A stretch of 64,000 nt of DNA from an uncultured Chloroflexia bacterium (GCA_963848815.1 CAWKFY010000020.1:74760-138759), one strand, 5' to 3'; shown: positions 10,284 through 21,865, counted from the first letter of the stretch. Notes: generated from the letters alone by a model not told the origin. Translations and numbers: made by a program.

Positions 10284-11687
10284 CTACTGCGGGTAGAAAT
10301 TGCCATGGAATCCAAAGGGAATATGGTGCGGCAATAAAGCCCTGCCCAATTCCTTGAAATCATGTGCATCCATCACCAGCAGAAACGATTTATTCACCCT
10401 GGAATCCAGCACCACGGATAGCAGGACGCCGCCGTCCTCATCCGGCGAGTCCGGTTTGGCGACGAAAACCGGTTCTCCGGGATAGGTGCCGTCTTCGCGC
10501 CAGATATAAGAACTTTTATTCTGGATATCGATCTTTATCAATTGGTCCACAAAATCATAAACGTTATTGGCGGAGACTCCATAGGCAAACCGGTACGGTC
10601 TGCTATTATATTGAGAATAATTGATCCTGGGCAGCTCAAGGGTCTCACTGCTTAACTGCTCTGAGGCTGCCGTGTTTTTATCCAGGTCCAGTGTGAACCT
10701 TGTGAAATGCGCCTGGGGAAAAGACTGCTCCTTATTGAAAATATTATCCAAAAATAGCGACTCTATTATTTTTTGGTCTTCATTCAGGCAGATATCCAGG
10801 ATGATCTGGTTGCCCTGTTCAAATGCATTTATGTGATGGAAAGCAAAAAATGCTTCGGTTTTGATCCGCTTTATTTTGCCATCATTCCTGTTGACGATAG
10901 TGAACTGGGTCCCATCCTCCGGCTTCCATTTATAGTTCTTGATAAAGGGCTTGCTGCTCAAAGCCAGGTCCAGTGCGTTGACCGTTAAGGGGAATTCGGA
11001 AAGGACGATATAGTTTTGCGTAATGGCAAAGCTGTGCATATACGCCGGCCTGCTCACCGGAATTTTGGCAATAAGCTGTCGCTTTTTGCTTGCATCCGGG
11101 ATTTTGTAGACCTGGTAATGGCTCTGGGCCGAAAGGTTGATCAGGTAATTAAAGCTTTCCCCGGTCGCAAAATCGAAGTGAGGATGGGCGGTGGTGACCT
11201 GACCTGCCAGGCCGTCGTCGAACATAAAATGCTCTTTCGTGTCCAGCGTTTTGGGGTCAAAGCTGGTCGGCTTGCTGGTCTCGGTTAACGCGACATATTC
11301 ATCGGCAATTTTGGTGACGTTAACATTATCATTGTCGGTCAGGGAAGCGGTGCCTGATATCGAGGAGAATTTATCGACAATCGAGCGGGAGGGGTCAGTA
11401 GCGAACTCCCGGTAATTCACCTTCCCATTTTTCTGCGCCGAGAGGTAAGCCTCGCTCTGCAGGAACCTGTTTCGATAGGAAACTTGGCCAGCGCTAAAAG
11501 TAAAGTTATGCAGCATGGCAAAACCATCGAACCAATGGTTCAATCTCTGTTCCTTTAGCACGTACTTGGCCGGGCCGGTCCTGATGAGGCTGCCATTAAG
11601 CCATTGGGGAATTTGACCTGAGACCGGCAGGTTGTCTATTGAGACTTCGCTATCTAAATCGTTGAAGCCCGCTCTGTAACCGTTCAT
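10284..11687 (-). CDS. carotenoid oxygenase / RPE65 family protein
   Basis: HWFDG, TAHPH, YMHSF, FHHINAFE, GEPVF, GFHG motifs. Confidence 0.92.
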   Translation of the reverse strand: MNGYRAGFNDLDSEVSIDNLPVSGQIPQWLNGSLIRTGPAKYVLKEQRLNHWFDGFAMLHNFTFSAGQVSYRNRFLQSEAYLSAQKNGKVNYREFATDPSRSIVDKFSSISGTASLTDNDNVNVTKIADEYVALTETSKPTSFDPKTLDTKEHFMFDDGLAGQVTTAHPHFDFATGESFNYLINLSAQSHYQVYKIPDASKKRQLIAKIPVSRPAYMHSFAITQNYIVLSEFPLTVNALDLALSSKPFIKNYKWKPEDGTQFTIVNRNDGKIKRIKTEAFFAFHHINAFEQGNQIILDICLNEDQKIIESLFLDNIFNKEQSFPQAHFTRFTLDLDKNTAASEQLSSETLELPRINYSQYNSRPYRFAYGVSANNVYDFVDQLIKIDIQNKSSYIWREDGTYPGEPVFVAKPDSPDEDGGVLLSVVLDSRVNKSFLLVMDAHDFKELGRALLPHHIPFGFHGNFYPQ

Positions 11688-11892
11688 GATGCCCTCCCAA
11701 CCATTTAATCACGATCACCGGGAAACTATTCTTGATTAATCGTAGAGTAGCAGGCATTACGAACGCATAAAATTGATTGGGAAAAAGTTAATAATTTATG
11801 ACATTTGGCCCCAAAAGAGGTGCGCCAGCCGGGCCCTTTGCAAAGTCACTCCCTCCTGAGACGTTCGGTCGACGGTTTGACCAGGGTTTAAG

Positions 11893-12663
11893 TCACGTTA
11901 TATTCAGTCCGCCGTCGACGCTGATGGTCTGGCCTGTCATATAGGATGCATCATCCGAGGCCAGGAAGAGCACCACCGAGGCCACTTCCTCCGGCCTGCC
12001 CTGCCTCATCATCGGCACCCTCTGCACTACAGCGGTGTCGCGCTTCTCGCCCTGAACGAAGTCCGTCATGGGCGTGGCAATTAAACCGGGGGCAACGCAG
12101 TTCACCCTGACATTGTATTTGGCAGCCCCGAATGCCAGGCAGCGGGTCAGGGCATTCACGCCCGCCTTGGAAGTCGAATAGGCATATATCTGGTGCGAGA
12201 AAAAGGACGCCAGCGATGAATTATTTACGATAGCTCCTCCGCCGTTTTTTGCCATCTCGGGGACGGCATATTTGCTGAGGAAGAGAATGCCTTTCAGGTT
12301 GGTGGACATGATGGCATCCCACTCTTCCTCGGTAACCCTGAGGCCTGGGCCACCCTTCATGAAGGCGATGCCCACGTTATTAAAAAGGATATCCAGCCTT
12401 CCGTATCTGGCAACCGTGCTCTCGATCACACTCCTCGCCTCTTTTTCCTTCGTAACATCGGCCTTGAGCGCAGTTGCCTCGCCGCCTGCCTCTTTGATCA
12501 GTCGGACGGTCTCCTCCGCTGACTCCAGGTTCTTATCGACCGCCACGACCTTGGCACCTTCACGGGCGAACAAGAGGGCTGTAGCCCGGCCGTTGCCCAG
12601 GCCTTCTCTGATGACGCCGGCGCCGGCGATGACGGCAACCTTATCTTTCAGCCTCATGAGCAC
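11893..12663 (-). CDS. short-chain dehydrogenase/reductase
   Basis: GLGNG, NNVG, YSTSK catalytic motif. Confidence 0.93.
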   Translation of the reverse strand: MLMRLKDKVAVIAGAGVIREGLGNGRATALLFAREGAKVVAVDKNLESAEETVRLIKEAGGEATALKADVTKEKEARSVIESTVARYGRLDILFNNVGIAFMKGGPGLRVTEEEWDAIMSTNLKGILFLSKYAVPEMAKNGGGAIVNNSSLASFFSHQIYAYSTSKAGVNALTRCLAFGAAKYNVRVNCVAPGLIATPMTDFVQGEKRDTAVVQRVPMMRQGRPEEVASVVLFLASDDASYMTGQTISVDGGLNIT

Positions 12664-12703
12664 GCCTCCTTGAAACGGCGTTGTGAGTGGCAGGAAAATT
12701 TTC

Positions 12704-13264
12704 TCAGTATTTATCCACGCCCGGAAGAAGAGATTTCTCGCCTGGATCGAGCTCGATCTGCAGAGGGACGAGTATCCTGCACACCATGCCGTAATACCCG
12801 ATTGTGGCAGTCAGCTTAACGATCTGCTCTTCATTGAGAAAGGTTTTCAGTTCATTAAAGGTCTCGTCTTTCGCCTGTACCAGGCGCGTGACCTCGTCCG
12901 TATAAGCCAGAACGGCCCGTTCCTGCCCGTCAAACTTGTCCGAGGAACCCCAGAAAGGTATGTCGTCGATCTGCTGCTGGCTCAGACCTGCGGCCTCGCC
13001 GATAACGACGTGTTTGGTGTATTCATAGAAGGAGCCGCAAAGGCACCCCACCCGCAGTATCGCCAATTCCCTGAGCTTGGGAGATATCACGTCATCCCGA
13101 AGGATGGCGTTGCCCAGGCGCAAGAATTGGCGGGCGATGCGGGGGCTATGCGCCACCGCACGGAACAGATTAAGTACCGGCAGCTTTTTGGCCTCCATTT
13201 TCTGGAAAGCTTCCCCGATGTACGGGTCTGCCTTTTGCGGGTCGATATAACTTACCCGTGCCAT
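12704..13264 (-). CDS. carboxymuconolactone decarboxylase / AhpD family protein
   Basis: LRELAILRVG...YEYTKH motif; start placed at the Met after GGAGG. Confidence 0.88.
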   Translation of the reverse strand: MARVSYIDPQKADPYIGEAFQKMEAKKLPVLNLFRAVAHSPRIARQFLRLGNAILRDDVISPKLRELAILRVGCLCGSFYEYTKHVVIGEAAGLSQQQIDDIPFWGSSDKFDGQERAVLAYTDEVTRLVQAKDETFNELKTFLNEEQIVKLTATIGYYGMVCRILVPLQIELDPGEKSLLPGVDKY

Positions 13265-13369
13265 GTTAACCTCCTGTCCTGATATCGTTCGGATAAACAA
13301 GCCAAATTATAATAGTCTCCTCAACGCTATCGATAGCCACCCGAAGCCGAAATAAAATTCCTGCAGGCG

Positions 13370-13999
13370 TTATCCCTGGGGTTCCTGTGCGGGTGGGGTG
13401 CGGCTCTTGTGAATTTCCTGCACTGCGCGTTCCAGGACGATAATGCTTATGGCTGCTCCCATCCCGTTAGCTATCATCATGGCGGGAATAGCCGTGCGGA
13501 CAACATCCAAAGCATCGTTAAACGGCCGGGCAATTAGAAGCGCCAGAGCGCCGTGCACAACTTCGATGAAGATGGCCGTCAGTATGGCAAAGAATATCCC
13601 GACAAGCTTTTTCTTATTGATAAGATACACTATTCCGCCGATCACACCTGCCAAAACAGTGGCTATTCCACAAGGAACAGCCGTAAATCCACCCATAAAA
13701 TATCGCTGTACACCACCGATTAAACCAGCTCCCAGGCCAACCCACGGACCGGCCACCAGGCCGGCTACCATTGGACCAAGATCCCTGATGCTGCTTATTG
13801 CCCCACCAGGCAATTCGATTCCGGTATATGTACCAAATATGGAAAATGCACCAAATATACACATGACAAAGAAGGTTTCATAGCGGCTGGCTATCCCGGC
13901 CAGCACCTTACGGACACTATCGACGTGAACAATGAGCTCTACAAAGACGTAGATAAAAACTTCCGTAGTTGCAAATAAGGCCAAAATGTTGTGTATCAT
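13370..13999 (-). CDS. stand-alone LytS/YhcK 5TM receptor domain protein
   Basis: SIFGTY...RDLGPMVAGLVAGPWVG...GGVQRY pattern. Confidence 0.85.
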   Translation of the reverse strand: MIHNILALFATTEVFIYVFVELIVHVDSVRKVLAGIASRYETFFVMCIFGAFSIFGTYTGIELPGGAISSIRDLGPMVAGLVAGPWVGLGAGLIGGVQRYFMGGFTAVPCGIATVLAGVIGGIVYLINKKKLVGIFFAILTAIFIEVVHGALALLIARPFNDALDVVRTAIPAMMIANGMGAAISIIVLERAVQEIHKSRTPPAQEPQG

Positions 14000-14222
14000 T
14001 TGCTTTATCCCTTTAAGCTTGACCCATACTTAAATTATTAAACATGATTTTACTACTCTGCGGGCATTACTGCGAGCGGCAAGGTATGGTATCAAATCAC
14101 CTCATTGAGACGCCCTTATGGGATCATAGAGAAGCAATCCTTCGGACGAAGACGGAAGGTTGTATTGAATCCGATATGCTTGCACAGGTTGAGTGAATAA
14201 AACAGAAATCATCCCGGTTATC

Positions 14223-14777
14223 CTAGTCGGCCCCCCTGATTATCATCTCACCCGCTAAGCGGGCGGCTTTCTCCACAGGAATGCGGCATTTCTTGATGGC
14301 GTTGGCTTTAACGAACTCCGCCTGGTCGTTGGCATCGACCAGGTCAAAGCTCCTGCCGAATATATGGTGCTGGACGTCGCGGCAATTGCAGCCGCCGAAC
14401 TCTTCCTCAAAGCGCTTGCACAATTTGCGGGCCGCCTTTACAGTGCGCTGCACTGCTTTGTAATCATCGGGCCTTTCACGTCCGAAGGCCATGCCCAGCG
14501 CCATGATGGCCCCGATGACCGCGCCGCAAGTCTGGCCGCGCAGTGCAATGCCTGGCATGGCAGTGGCAGCCTTGAGCGTTTGCGAGTCTCCCAGCCCGAA
14601 TTCCTCCTGCAGTGCCAGCAGCGTCCCCTGTGCACAACTGCCGAAAAGCTCCTCGTAGTCGCCCGCCTTCTGTTCCAGGCGCGCTAAACGTTCTTCGTTG
14701 GTTTTTTCTTCCTGCATGGCCTTCTCCCTACCCGGTAAATTGAGTGCCGGGTTACATATTTTACTATAGCCGGCCAA
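14223..14777 (-). CDS. C_GCAxxG_C_C family redox protein
   Basis: SCAQ, TCGAVIG, CNCRD, KKC motifs. Confidence 0.85.
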   Translation of the reverse strand: MAGYSKICNPALNLPGREKAMQEEKTNEERLARLEQKAGDYEELFGSCAQGTLLALQEEFGLGDSQTLKAATAMPGIALRGQTCGAVIGAIMALGMAFGRERPDDYKAVQRTVKAARKLCKRFEEEFGGCNCRDVQHHIFGRSFDLVDANDQAEFVKANAIKKCRIPVEKAARLAGEMIIRGAD

Positions 14778-14970
14778 CGCATGCTGAAATAAAGGCAGCC
14801 GGACCCGCTTTGGGTCCGCCCCACTTTATCCGCAACTATTGTTCATTTGTTCGTAATATATTTGTGTTCCCATTAAAACGATTTCCACTACATATAGTTG
14901 TCGATAGAGTGCCTAAGCCTGCTTCCAGCGAAAATAAACATAAAATCAGCGGGCATGGCTCATAGATAAA

Positions 14971-16200
14971 ATGACCTTCGATATAGCTCAAATAGTAAAA
15001 AAGAAGAAGCTGGTTGCACACTTTCAACCGGTTATTTCGATCACCCAGAAAAATGTCTGCGGATTAGAGGGGCTGATCCGGGGTATTAATGTAGACACCG
15101 GGGAAATTATTCCTCCGCTGACCTTATTCGATGCCGCAGAAAAAGAGGGACTGCAAATAGAGCTGGATAGAGCTTGCAGAGAGACAGTGATCCAAACTTA
15201 TTGTGCCATCTACACGCACAGAAAAGATATTCTTTTATTCCTGAATATTCACTCTTCGATATTGGATAAAGTGATCGGCTCTAATCACTTGTTAAACATG
15301 GTCACACATTACGGCATCAAGCCGAACGATATTGCGATAGAAATCAATGAGTCGAAGGTTCAGGACACGGCTTTTTTAAAGAAATTTGTAAATACATATC
15401 GTAGTCACGGTTTTTTAATTGCTCTGGATGACGTCGGCTATGGTTTTTCCAACCTGGATAGAATCCCATTGATTAAACCGGATATCGTTAAAACGAGCAT
15501 GTCTCTTGTGCGGAATATCTGTACCGATTTTTACGTTCAAGAAGTCTTCAGGGCGCTGGTAAGTCTCTCCACAAAAATAGGAGCTCTGGTAGTTGCCGAG
15601 GGGGTTGAGACAAAAGAAGAAGCCGTTAAAACATTGGAACTCGGGGCCCATATGATACAGGGATATTGCATATCGAAACCAAAGAAAATAGATGACGGCC
15701 TGCTTGAGCCCTTAAACGGCAGAATTAAAGTAATTGCCGACTATTTTCAAAATGTTGAAAGAAAAAAGATTGCCCGGAATAGCAGGAAATACGACAAGTT
15801 CAAGGCTATAGCGAGTGGCATTGCCATTAGACTGGCCTTGATACCTCCCGATAATTTTGATGCGGAGCTTCCGAAAATTATTAAGAGCAGGGATGAGATC
15901 GAATGTGTTTATATTCTGGATGACAGGGGCATTCAATGCAGCGCTACGGTGTTTTCCAGTTCAATTGCCAAAATTAAGAAGAGCCGGCTTTTTTCACCGG
16001 CTATCTTAGGCGCCGATCATTCCCTGAAAGTATATTATCGTTATCTCAATAGCGTAAATAGCAGAAGGTATATAACTGACCGCTATATTTCACTTGCCAG
16101 CGGCAATCCCTGTATAACTATTGCTAATACCTTTGAAGACAGACAGAACAGGAAGTACATTTTATGCATCGATTTTAAAGTCGATGAAGTGGAATCCTGA
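14971..16200 (+). CDS. EAL-domain c-di-GMP phosphodiesterase with YkuI-like C-terminal sensor domain
   Basis: FQP, EGL, DDVGYG, VAEGVET, QGY motifs; YISLASGNPCIT C-terminus. Confidence 0.88.
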   Translation: MTFDIAQIVKKKKLVAHFQPVISITQKNVCGLEGLIRGINVDTGEIIPPLTLFDAAEKEGLQIELDRACRETVIQTYCAIYTHRKDILLFLNIHSSILDKVIGSNHLLNMVTHYGIKPNDIAIEINESKVQDTAFLKKFVNTYRSHGFLIALDDVGYGFSNLDRIPLIKPDIVKTSMSLVRNICTDFYVQEVFRALVSLSTKIGALVVAEGVETKEEAVKTLELGAHMIQGYCISKPKKIDDGLLEPLNGRIKVIADYFQNVERKKIARNSRKYDKFKAIASGIAIRLALIPPDNFDAELPKIIKSRDEIECVYILDDRGIQCSATVFSSSIAKIKKSRLFSPAILGADHSLKVYYRYLNSVNSRRYITDRYISLASGNPCITIANTFEDRQNRKYILCIDFKVDEVES

Positions 16201-16208
16201 TAGGGGCT

Positions 16209-16927
16209 TCAGTCGAGGCCCTCATTATCAAACCGGTTGCGATGCGCGAAATTATCAATGTCACGGCGCACCCGCAAGTATTTGGCCGGCTCCGAAATAG
16301 GATAGCCAACGCGGCAGGCAAAGGCGATCTTCAGCTTCCTGGGGATATTGAGGATTCTCTTTACCTCTTTTTCCGTGGGTTCCGATCCCAGCACGCTCAA
16401 GATGTGAAAACCGAGGCCCAGGGAATTGGCCATCAGCCACATGTTTTCCATAACGCATCCGAGGCTGATAATGCCCAGGAAGTCGCCCTCCGATGCTGGC
16501 GCCCTTCTGCTCGGGTCATATATTACGATCAGCAGCACAGGGCTGGTCGGATTAAACCGGCGTATCGACGACAGAGTTTTTTTTCGATTTTAGCCAGACT
16601 GAAGTCGGGGTTTCTCCAGGCCGCAGGAAACATGGTACCCAGGATTCCGACCTTTTTCCTGCGCAGTTCCGCTTCGGAAAAAGACAGCTGCTTATAGTTT
16701 TCACGAACGAAGCTTTCGTTTATGGGGCTCTGGATTTTTCCGATCGTTTCGAGCAGTTTTTTATCATCCACTACAACTATTTCGAAGTTCTGCATATTGT
16801 GGGCTGTTGGCGCCCAGCGCGCCGCCTCCAGAATCTTCTTCAGGTCCCCCTTTGCCACCTTTCGCCTGGTATCGAAGGAAATTCTCAGTGATTTCCTCTC
16901 CTTGATGAGCTTCAAGATATCTTCCAT
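16209..16927 (-). CDS. nitroreductase family protein (frameshifted)
   Basis: RKS.R, AARWAPTAHNMQ, ENMWLMANSLGLG over two frames. Confidence 0.85.
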
Positions 16928-16961
16928 TTCAACCTCCCGGCAAAAAATATTTAATTTGCTC

Positions 16962-17990
16962 TCAGGCGCCCATTTTCAGAACGGCCCTGAAATGCACCTT
17001 CGCCGTCATCATTTTTTCATAAGCCAGTGCGGCCTGTTCCAGCGGAAAAACCTCGATCATCGGCAGAACGCCTGTAATAACGCTGAAATTCAGGACCTCT
17101 TCCGATTTGTGGCGGGCCGGCCTGCCAACCCACCCTCGGATCATACTTCTTTTCGCCAGCAATTGACCCGGGGAGATTTGCATCGGTTCGCCCGGTGCGG
17201 CAACGATGATCAACTGGCCGTCTAAACCAAGCCCGTCTACTAACTGTGAAATAGCCTTGCTGCTGGGCGCCGTAGCCAGGATAACCTTCGCCCCGCCAAG
17301 CTTTTTTAGTTCATCCGCCGGGTTGACGGACTCCGTATCGAGATAAACAAGTGCGCCCAGTTTGTAAGCCAGCTCCTCCTTTTCCCTGCCGCGTGACAAG
17401 GCTACCGTTTGAAAACCGAGCTTCCTGGCGAACTGAATTGCCAGATGTCCCAGTCCTCCTGTGCCGTGGATAGCCACCAGGTCTCCGCCCCTGGCTACAC
17501 TGTTACGCAGCGCTGTAAAGGTAGTCCTGCCGGCGCACATCAAAGGCGCGGCGTCCAGTGAGTCAAGTTCACCCGGAATGAGGGTCATGGCCTGCTGAGG
17601 CGCCACCATATATTCGGCATATCCTCCGTCAAAGGAAATCCCCGTGGCTAAAGCGTTCGAGCAATTATCAGGATTTCCCTTCCTGCAGTTTTCGCACTTA
17701 AGGCAAGGCCCTCCATACCATCCAACCCCGACCCTCTGCCCGACCTCCCAAAAGGAAATGCCGGGGCCTAGTTTATCGATAGTCCCGACGACTTCATGTC
17801 CCGGGACCCTTGGATATTTAATGCCGGGGAAATGCCCCTCCTTTACCACCGCATCTCCGTGACAGATACCGCAGGCCTGGACTTTAATTCGTATTTCATT
17901 CGCCTTTGGTTCAGGGATTTCCTTGCTCACCAATTCAAAATCTGCACCCGGCGCACCTACCTGAACGGCCCTCATCAACGACATAATCAA
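16962..17990 (-). CDS. zinc-dependent alcohol dehydrogenase
   Basis: GICHGD, GHE, CxxCxxC, GTGGLG. Confidence 0.93.
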   Translation of the reverse strand: MIMSLMRAVQVGAPGADFELVSKEIPEPKANEIRIKVQACGICHGDAVVKEGHFPGIKYPRVPGHEVVGTIDKLGPGISFWEVGQRVGVGWYGGPCLKCENCRKGNPDNCSNALATGISFDGGYAEYMVAPQQAMTLIPGELDSLDAAPLMCAGRTTFTALRNSVARGGDLVAIHGTGGLGHLAIQFARKLGFQTVALSRGREKEELAYKLGALVYLDTESVNPADELKKLGGAKVILATAPSSKAISQLVDGLGLDGQLIIVAAPGEPMQISPGQLLAKRSMIRGWVGRPARHKSEEVLNFSVITGVLPMIEVFPLEQAALAYEKMMTAKVHFRAVLKMGA

Positions 17991-18373
17991 GCCCCCGAAT
18001 TGAATTTCAATTTAAATATAGCACAAAATTTTCCATGGAGAGCAGGCGCCTTCAAACGGAGGTCACTGTTAATCTGGCTTTCATTTCCTGTTAATAGCGG
18101 GTTCATTTGGGGATGCTAACATGTATTCAAGGTTAAGAGAATATGATAAAGGAGATGAATGTCATGATCATAAAAGTCAAATTACACAACGGCCAAAAGA
18201 CCAATAATCGGGGGGACCATCCCCCCGTTGATGGGTTACGGTTTTCTTGCGCCGGGGAGAGTTGTGCCATGAAAGAAAGCTGCCCAAGATGGAACGGCCG
18301 CTACAGAGAAAAACACAGCAATAATTGAAGGCCCGCGCGCCGGGTTATAAATTAAAGCACGTTATTCCGGTTG

Positions 18374-18859
18374 TCAACTCATCAGGTCCGAAGTGCAATT
18401 CGGGCATCTGGTGGCTTTAATGGGGATAGTTGTTGCACAGTAAGGACAGTCTTTGGTCGTAGGCTCTGCAGCGGCTTCCTTCTTCGTCTGCAGCCTGGCT
18501 AAGGGGCGAATGATCAAGAAGAACACCACCGCAGCAATTATAAGGAAGTCGATGATGGTGTTGATGAACATACCGTAGTTGATTGTAATGGCGCCTGCAG
18601 CCTGGGCCGCAGCCACAGAAGCGTAAGGGCCGGGAGTAGACCCTTGTTTTATGACCGCAGACAGGTTGGAAAAATCAATGTTGCCCAAGACCATGCCGAT
18701 GGGGGGCATAATAATATCTTTGACGATCGAGTTTACGATGGCGCCGAAGGACGCGCCGATAATGATGCCGACCGCCATGTCGACCACATTGCCTCTCATA
18801 ATGAATGCCTTGAAATCTGTCAACATACTTGATTTCAGGACCTTTTGTGCGTGCCTCAT
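18374..18859 (-). CDS. mscL: large-conductance mechanosensitive channel with C-terminal zinc ribbon
   Basis: FKAFIMRGNVVDMAVGIIIG; CPYC...CPNC tail; true start probably 18826. Confidence 0.95.
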   Translation of the reverse strand: MRHAQKVLKSSMLTDFKAFIMRGNVVDMAVGIIIGASFGAIVNSIVKDIIMPPIGMVLGNIDFSNLSAVIKQGSTPGPYASVAAAQAAGAITINYGMFINTIIDFLIIAAVVFFLIIRPLARLQTKKEAAAEPTTKDCPYCATTIPIKATRCPNCTSDLMS

Positions 18860-18860
18860 G

Positions 18861-19706
18861 TTACTCTCCTCTTATTTCTAATCGTCTGCTTAACAAGTAG
18901 CGCAAAATGACTCCATACACTATACAATCTCCCAGGATTTCCAGACCGTGATAGATCCTTAGCTGTATAGGCCACACACTATTCGTAATAAGGGGCACAA
19001 GGCCTCCGGGTACGTAGAGTAAGACGGCCAGGGTGACTATTAACCATACAGGTCTTAATTTTAGTCCTGCAATCAGAGGTAAAAGAGCCAGTACGTAAAG
19101 AAATCCACGGATTATTTCCAGAGGTATGATTGTTGTGAAAGCGGGGATTGAAAGATGAAGCGCAGGATCCTTGTAGTAGGGAAGAACGAAGGGGCCAATG
19201 ATCATTCCAAAAAAGAAATATACAGGCAGGTAAGCGAGGGAGGCTACTATTATGCGCCACGCCCAGGATGCGGGAGACCTCTGCTGAAAATATAACTTCA
19301 CTTCGGCCGGATACGATGTTTTTTTATCCACAGGTGGGAAAAGCATAACGGCAAAAAATGCCAGGATGCCCGATACCAGAATTCCTATTAACGTGCTAAG
19401 AGCGAAGTTGGAAATAAATGCGGTGAAAAAGACCGCTTCGATCGCATTGCTGAAAAACCCTACTATGAAAAGCACCAGCCACATAATAAGGAAACGCACA
19501 GAGCTTTTATAGCGGAAATGAGGAATTATAAAGGCCAGTGTTATTGCAAGCAGTAATCCTCCAATAAGGTATAGTGGAAAATTGGACAAAGAGGGAATTG
19601 TCAGGCTGGCAAATTTTGATAACGTGTATAGACAGGCAAATAGAACAACCTTTAAAACCCAAAATAAGCGCTTTTTCATCATGCTATACGTTACTCCTGC
19701 TTGCAA
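18861..19706 (-). CDS. multi-pass membrane protein, unknown function
   Basis: about eight TM segments. Confidence 0.7.
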   Translation of the reverse strand: MQAGVTYSMMKKRLFWVLKVVLFACLYTLSKFASLTIPSLSNFPLYLIGGLLLAITLAFIIPHFRYKSSVRFLIMWLVLFIVGFFSNAIEAVFFTAFISNFALSTLIGILVSGILAFFAVMLFPPVDKKTSYPAEVKLYFQQRSPASWAWRIIVASLAYLPVYFFFGMIIGPFVLPYYKDPALHLSIPAFTTIIPLEIIRGFLYVLALLPLIAGLKLRPVWLIVTLAVLLYVPGGLVPLITNSVWPIQLRIYHGLEILGDCIVYGVILRYLLSRRLEIRGE

Positions 19707-19803
19707 AGGTACTCATAGTAGCCCGGCAATCTTTAGCCGAATGGGACACGCGAGTCCGTTAATAATTCCGATACGAAGAAATTAAATATTAACGGCTAGC
19801 CGT

Positions 19804-21086
19804 TCAGTGCGGCAGCTCCTGATCCAACCTGCCCAGAAAGCGACTTACTCTGGCCTCTGCCTCGTCCGTGCGGCTGTGATTTACACTGAAGGTCAGTGAT
19901 TGATTAAAGCTACAGACGGACATGGAAAAAAACGGAGGGTATTTGACGGCTCCGGTGATGAAGGCGTCAGTAATCTTTGCTTCCGAAAAAACCAATTTGC
20001 TGGAATCAATTATACCCAGGTTAGTGAACTCAATGAGCGGCATCGTCTGTAATTTATCGAAGTACTTTTTCATTGTGGAATAAGGCAACAGCTTGAATAA
20101 AAGTATTACGGGCAGTAATCCGACGCCTAATCCCGGATAATTGGCTTTCATAAAACTGGTTAGATCTCGTACTGTCGTAAGTGTATCAGTTAAAGGTCTG
20201 GGCCGGATCATAATTAATTTTTATGGGTATCATCGATTTGAGATTACGAATGGCAGCTTCTTCCTTGTCGTGAAGGTAGCGACGCAGGTCAACGGTCATT
20301 GAGACCTCAAGATTTTTTCCTGCTTCAAATTCAAGCGTGCTGAAAAGGGCTCTGTAGAAAGCTGCCAGAAGGACATCATTCACGGTAGCCTTATATTTCT
20401 TGCCCAGTTCTTTGATCGCCGCAAATCGATCGGCCGAAAGCGTCAGCGTACTCAGCGACAGGCTCCCCGTCGAAATCCGGTAAGGCGGAAAGAAGCAGGT
20501 CTTTCCCGAAAAATTGGTTCGATTCAGACCCAGTCTCAGAATCTTGAACATGTCGATAAGGTTCAATTTGAGCACATCTTCCAAACCCCTGGCGTAATCT
20601 TTGTAGCGGAGCTGGCGAATAACCTGGATTAACTGATAACTCGCTGTATATCCCTGCCAGCAGATACAGATATTGTTTGAATGACGCCGCATCTGCAACC
20701 ATATGATTCATAACAATGCAAAGATGATCGGCGTCAGATCTGAATATCCCTGCTTTTATCTGAGGACCCTTGAGGACATTTATCTTTTGGACCAGGAATT
20801 TGTTTATATCGCTCTCAATATCCCCGGATTCAATTAAAACGAACAGGTTTTCGTCATGCTGATTGATGGACTCCCAATAGGGATGCCAGTCGGATTCTAC
20901 AAAGCGGCATCCCAGCAACGGTACGACATCAAGGGACAGCTCTACCGCCCTGCGCATCAGGTCCTCCCTCAGGCAGTTCTGGAATTTGATCAGGCAGCGG
21001 ATCTGGCTGTCGCTGATCTCCTGAAAAAAGAACTCCATTTGGTCCGAGACCACGGCCGGATAGCGTGTTTTTCCAGCTTTACGCAT
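19804..21086 (-). CDS. stand-alone condensation-domain / acyltransferase protein (frameshifted)
   Basis: NHMVADA (HxxxD), ATVNDVLLAA, TVDLRRY, FTNLG over three frames. Confidence 0.8.
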
Positions 21087-21230
21087 AAGTTTTTCGGCGA
21101 ACAGGCAAGAATACTTTATAATCCATTAACCCAATTATGACGCATATTTTTCATAAGGTCACCTTGCGATACCATCTTGGACGCCAACATTATTTGCGGG
21201 TAAGTATCACAGAGGATTGATGCGATGAGT

Positions 21231-21276
21231 TGGTTGCAGCGACCGGGATTGGACCTGTGACCAGGGGCTTATGAGT
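21231..21276 (-). repeat. tRNA(CAT) 3'-half copy 11 (distal, diverged)
   Basis: tggttgcagcgaccgggattggacctgtgaccaggggcttatgagt aligns to tRNA 42923-42968. Confidence 0.85.
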
Positions 21277-21444
21277 TCCAATCTCCGCTTTTGTTATCGT
21301 TGCAGATTTTGTTAACGTGACACGTCCGGTAATCGCTGTGATATTAAGCTGTCATCGCTGTTCTTTATCTATAGCACGCAATTGTATATACATTGTGCAA
21401 GAGCGCCTTGCCGTGCCATATAATAGTGCGAAGGAGGGGAGAGA

Positions 21445-21865
21445 ATGAGGGATGCAAGTAGTACAATCGGCAATCTGATCGATAAAGCAGGCGTTTCTAT
21501 TATCAGTTCAGTTGATGAAGATGGGTTCCCCAATTCAAAGGCAATGCTTCCACCAAGGAAAAGAGAAGGGATAAAGCATATCTTCTTCACAACCAACACA
21601 TCCTCGATGAGAGTAAAGCAATACACTAAAAATCCGAAAGCCTGTGTGTATTTTTTCGATAAACGCTATCTACAGAGGTGTTATGCTTCGGGGCACCATG
21701 AAAGTCCTGCGTGACAGCGCATCCAAGCAAAGCATCTGGAAGAATGGCGATGAGCTGTATTATCCGAAGGGTGTAACTGATCCTGATTACTGCGTACTCC
21801 GTTTCACCGCTCAAGATGGAAGGTATTACAGCAATTTTAAATCCGAGAATTTTAAGGTTGACTAG
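21445..21865 (+). CDS. pyridoxamine 5'-phosphate oxidase-like / general stress protein 26 (frameshifted)
   Basis: SVDEDGFP...FTTNTSS...NPKACVYF...YYPKGVTDPDY. Confidence 0.85.

Noticed and set aside
18200-18270. c-di-AMP riboswitch-like GGGGGACC motif
   Set aside because: The remaining conserved elements are absent and there is no co-oriented downstream gene.
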